From contig JAVECO010000116.1 of the NCBI GenBank assembly GCA_051942205.1, forward strand, positions 1 to 64,000: a DNA stretch of 64,000 bases, given 5' to 3'. This DNA is from Coniocarpon cinnabarinum. Taxonomy: Eukaryota. The notes beneath the pieces are model-generated. The model did not search any database. It was not told where the DNA came from and worked only from the letters and a program-made list of their open reading frames with translations. The position numbers were made by a program, and so were the translations under genes. Below, one piece after another: positions 62,001 to 64,000 of the stretch. Every line of letters starts with the position of its first letter. The first letter of the stretch is position 1.

Positions 62001-63518
62001 ATGGACTCGTCGGAGACCGAAGTCGATGTTGGTCAGCTAACAGAGGACCAACAATCTGCCCTGGACCAATTCACCGCCGTCACCGCCCAGGACTTCGCTG
62101 CTGCAATTCCACTCCTGCGAAAGTGCCAGTGGAACGTGCAGATAGCCATCGCGCGTTTCTTCGATGGCGAGCCAGAACCTGAACCTGAACCTGTAGCGCC
62201 GCCGCCACAGCCCTCTCGGCGGCAGGAAACCCTTGCGCATGGCTTCAACGACGTCAGACACCGCCCACGTCCGCGACTCGAGCCTGCGCCTCGAGTTGTT
62301 GGCCAGCCGGAAAACCACATGAGCCCACGTCCTCCGCTCCTTCTTTCAGCCATCCTCACTCCTTTCAATATTGCTCTTGGACTTGTATCCAGGCTGTTTG
62401 GCATCTTCACGTATTTTTTCCCACCGCTCGCCAATGTCCTTGCGCAACTCGCCAGGAGACCTCCCTCGACTCTGCATCGATCAACGTCGCGCAGGAATCC
62501 TCTTAGCCCATACGAAACCGCCGTACGATTTCAACGAGAATTTACGCAGGCCTATGGCGAGCACCCACTCCCCCTCATGGAATGTTCGTATGCTCGCGCG
62601 TATGACATGGCAAAAGCAGATTTCAAATTTCTACTGGTGATTCCCTTGTCGCCGGAACATGCCGATACAGACGGTTTCGTTCGCAGCATTCTCCTCTCGG
62701 AAGCCACGGTCGATTTTCTCACTAATGCGGACAACAATGTTTACCTTTGGGTGGGCTCAGTGGCAGATTCAGAGCCATACCAAGTTGCGAGCGTTTTGAC
62801 GATCACGGAATTTCCATCAGCTGTACTAATTGCTAACACGGGCTCCTCATCCTCCCCATCAATGTCTGTTGTTGCACGCGTGCTCCGACCACGAACCGCG
62901 CAAGAGCTTGTACAAACCTTACAAGCAGCAGAGACTCAACATGCCGACACGCTGGCTCAATCGAGAGCCTCGAGATCCGAGCAACAAGCAACAAGAACGT
63001 TAAGAGACGAACAGAACTCGGCATACGAGCGAAGTCTGGCAGCAGATCGCGAGAAGGCGCGCGCGAAAAGAGCAGCTGAAGAGGAGAAGAGACAGCAACT
63101 GCAAGCAGAACAAACGGCGAAGCAACGTGCAGAGCAGCATGCCCGAGACTTTGCCGCCTGGAAAGCGTGGCGGGCATCTGTACTGCCCCTTGAACCTCCG
63201 CAGGGCACGAAAGACTCTGTCAGAACGAGCATCCGCCTATTAGATGGAGAGAAGGTCACGCGGCGCTTTGGTGCTGAAGCCTCTCTTGAAGATGTCTATG
63301 CATTTGTGGAGTGTTTCCAAGAGGTTCAGCAGCAACATGATGAGCCCTCAAATGAAAAGCCGATCACAAAGCCCGACGGGTTTCGGCATCGGTATGGATT
63401 TCAATTGGTGTCTCCAATGCCTCGAGAAGTGTATGATCTAGCAAGTGGTGGCACGGCTGCATCCAGACTTGGACGCAGTGCCAACCTCATTGCAGAAAGG
63501 ATTGAGGAAGAAGACTAG
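62001..63518 (+). CDS. UBX-domain protein (UBA-like, hairpin, UAS, coiled coil, UBX; Ubx2/FAF2-like)
   Basis: CQWNVQIAIARFFDG; SYARAYDMAKADFKFLLVI; LRDEQNSAYERSLAADREK; IRLLDGEKVTRRF..SPMPR. Confidence 0.9.
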   Translation: MDSSETEVDVGQLTEDQQSALDQFTAVTAQDFAAAIPLLRKCQWNVQIAIARFFDGEPEPEPEPVAPPPQPSRRQETLAHGFNDVRHRPRPRLEPAPRVVGQPENHMSPRPPLLLSAILTPFNIALGLVSRLFGIFTYFFPPLANVLAQLARRPPSTLHRSTSRRNPLSPYETAVRFQREFTQAYGEHPLPLMECSYARAYDMAKADFKFLLVIPLSPEHADTDGFVRSILLSEATVDFLTNADNNVYLWVGSVADSEPYQVASVLTITEFPSAVLIANTGSSSSPSMSVVARVLRPRTAQELVQTLQAAETQHADTLAQSRASRSEQQATRTLRDEQNSAYERSLAADREKARAKRAAEEEKRQQLQAEQTAKQRAEQHARDFAAWKAWRASVLPLEPPQGTKDSVRTSIRLLDGEKVTRRFGAEASLEDVYAFVECFQEVQQQHDEPSNEKPITKPDGFRHRYGFQLVSPMPREVYDLASGGTAASRLGRSANLIAERIEEED

Positions 63519-64000
63519 CATAGTATACGAAAGGCAAGCGTCCTTAAGGAGCCGCTTCTGCAGCATATAGATGAATGAGATGTACGATAATGACATTGAG
63601 CAAGCTTAGCGATTCGGCTGAGTTGCTTCTTGGATTGTGTGAAGAAATTCAGCAAGTCTGGAGTCTTGTCCTGCATCCTGGGATGATGGCCTCGTCAAGC
63701 TCGTTTCTAGTGTTTTGAATCACGTGCTTGCGCGCTATGTCGGCTATCGATGAAACGACTTCCGACCTGACTACATGCAGAACTTTCCGTCTCATCCCTG
63801 AGGCGCCCTTGATGCCCACCACCATCGCAATCTCTGAGATCACCAATAAAGACCACGATTTTACAGCGTGCAGCTGTATCAGACCGAAACGGCCTTTCAT
63901 GGAAGCGACCCTTGCCCTGCCTCGAACCAACGCTTTGCCTCGAGGGCCCCTCTCCAACGTCAGCAGCATCCCTCGACCCCCTATTGGCACTGATCTCGTC

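Noticed and set aside
63649..64000. ORFs at the window end
   Set aside because: Open frames on both strands with no recognisable motif; cannot assign.

Overview
Eukaryotic DNA from a filamentous ascomycete (Pezizomycotina-like): compact genes, short GT-AG introns with CTRAC branch sites, and TpA-rich tracts that look RIP-mutated. Conserved genes: SAP18, RSE1/SF3B3, an OSH1/2-type oxysterol-binding protein, a Zn2Cys6 factor, glutamate decarboxylase, a GT34 glycosyltransferase, a DHCR24-like FAD oxidoreductase, PRP18, ATP12, an N2227/carnosine N-methyltransferase, a PAC4-like protein, a DUF4045 protein and a UBX protein. Features the ORF track misses: a 4-exon SRA/YDG gene, a box C/D snoRNA in the RSE1 intron, and an intron-containing tRNA-Pro(CGG). 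That tRNA is followed by a RIP-like tract, a D-armless tRNA-like element and four diverged tandem units sharing a TATA-like motif and a splice-donor-like motif, most with tRNA A/B-box-like motifs. Other notable items: an intronless CENP-B/pogo HTH-DUF1989 fusion, a secreted epoxide hydrolase with a single TAG at a Trp position, and a perfect 43-bp inverted repeat. An accessory-looking 52-61 kb island holds a PD-(D/E)xK-like protein and a divergent DTG-protease/DUF6594 pair. All family assignments come from recognising motifs by eye; no searches were run.
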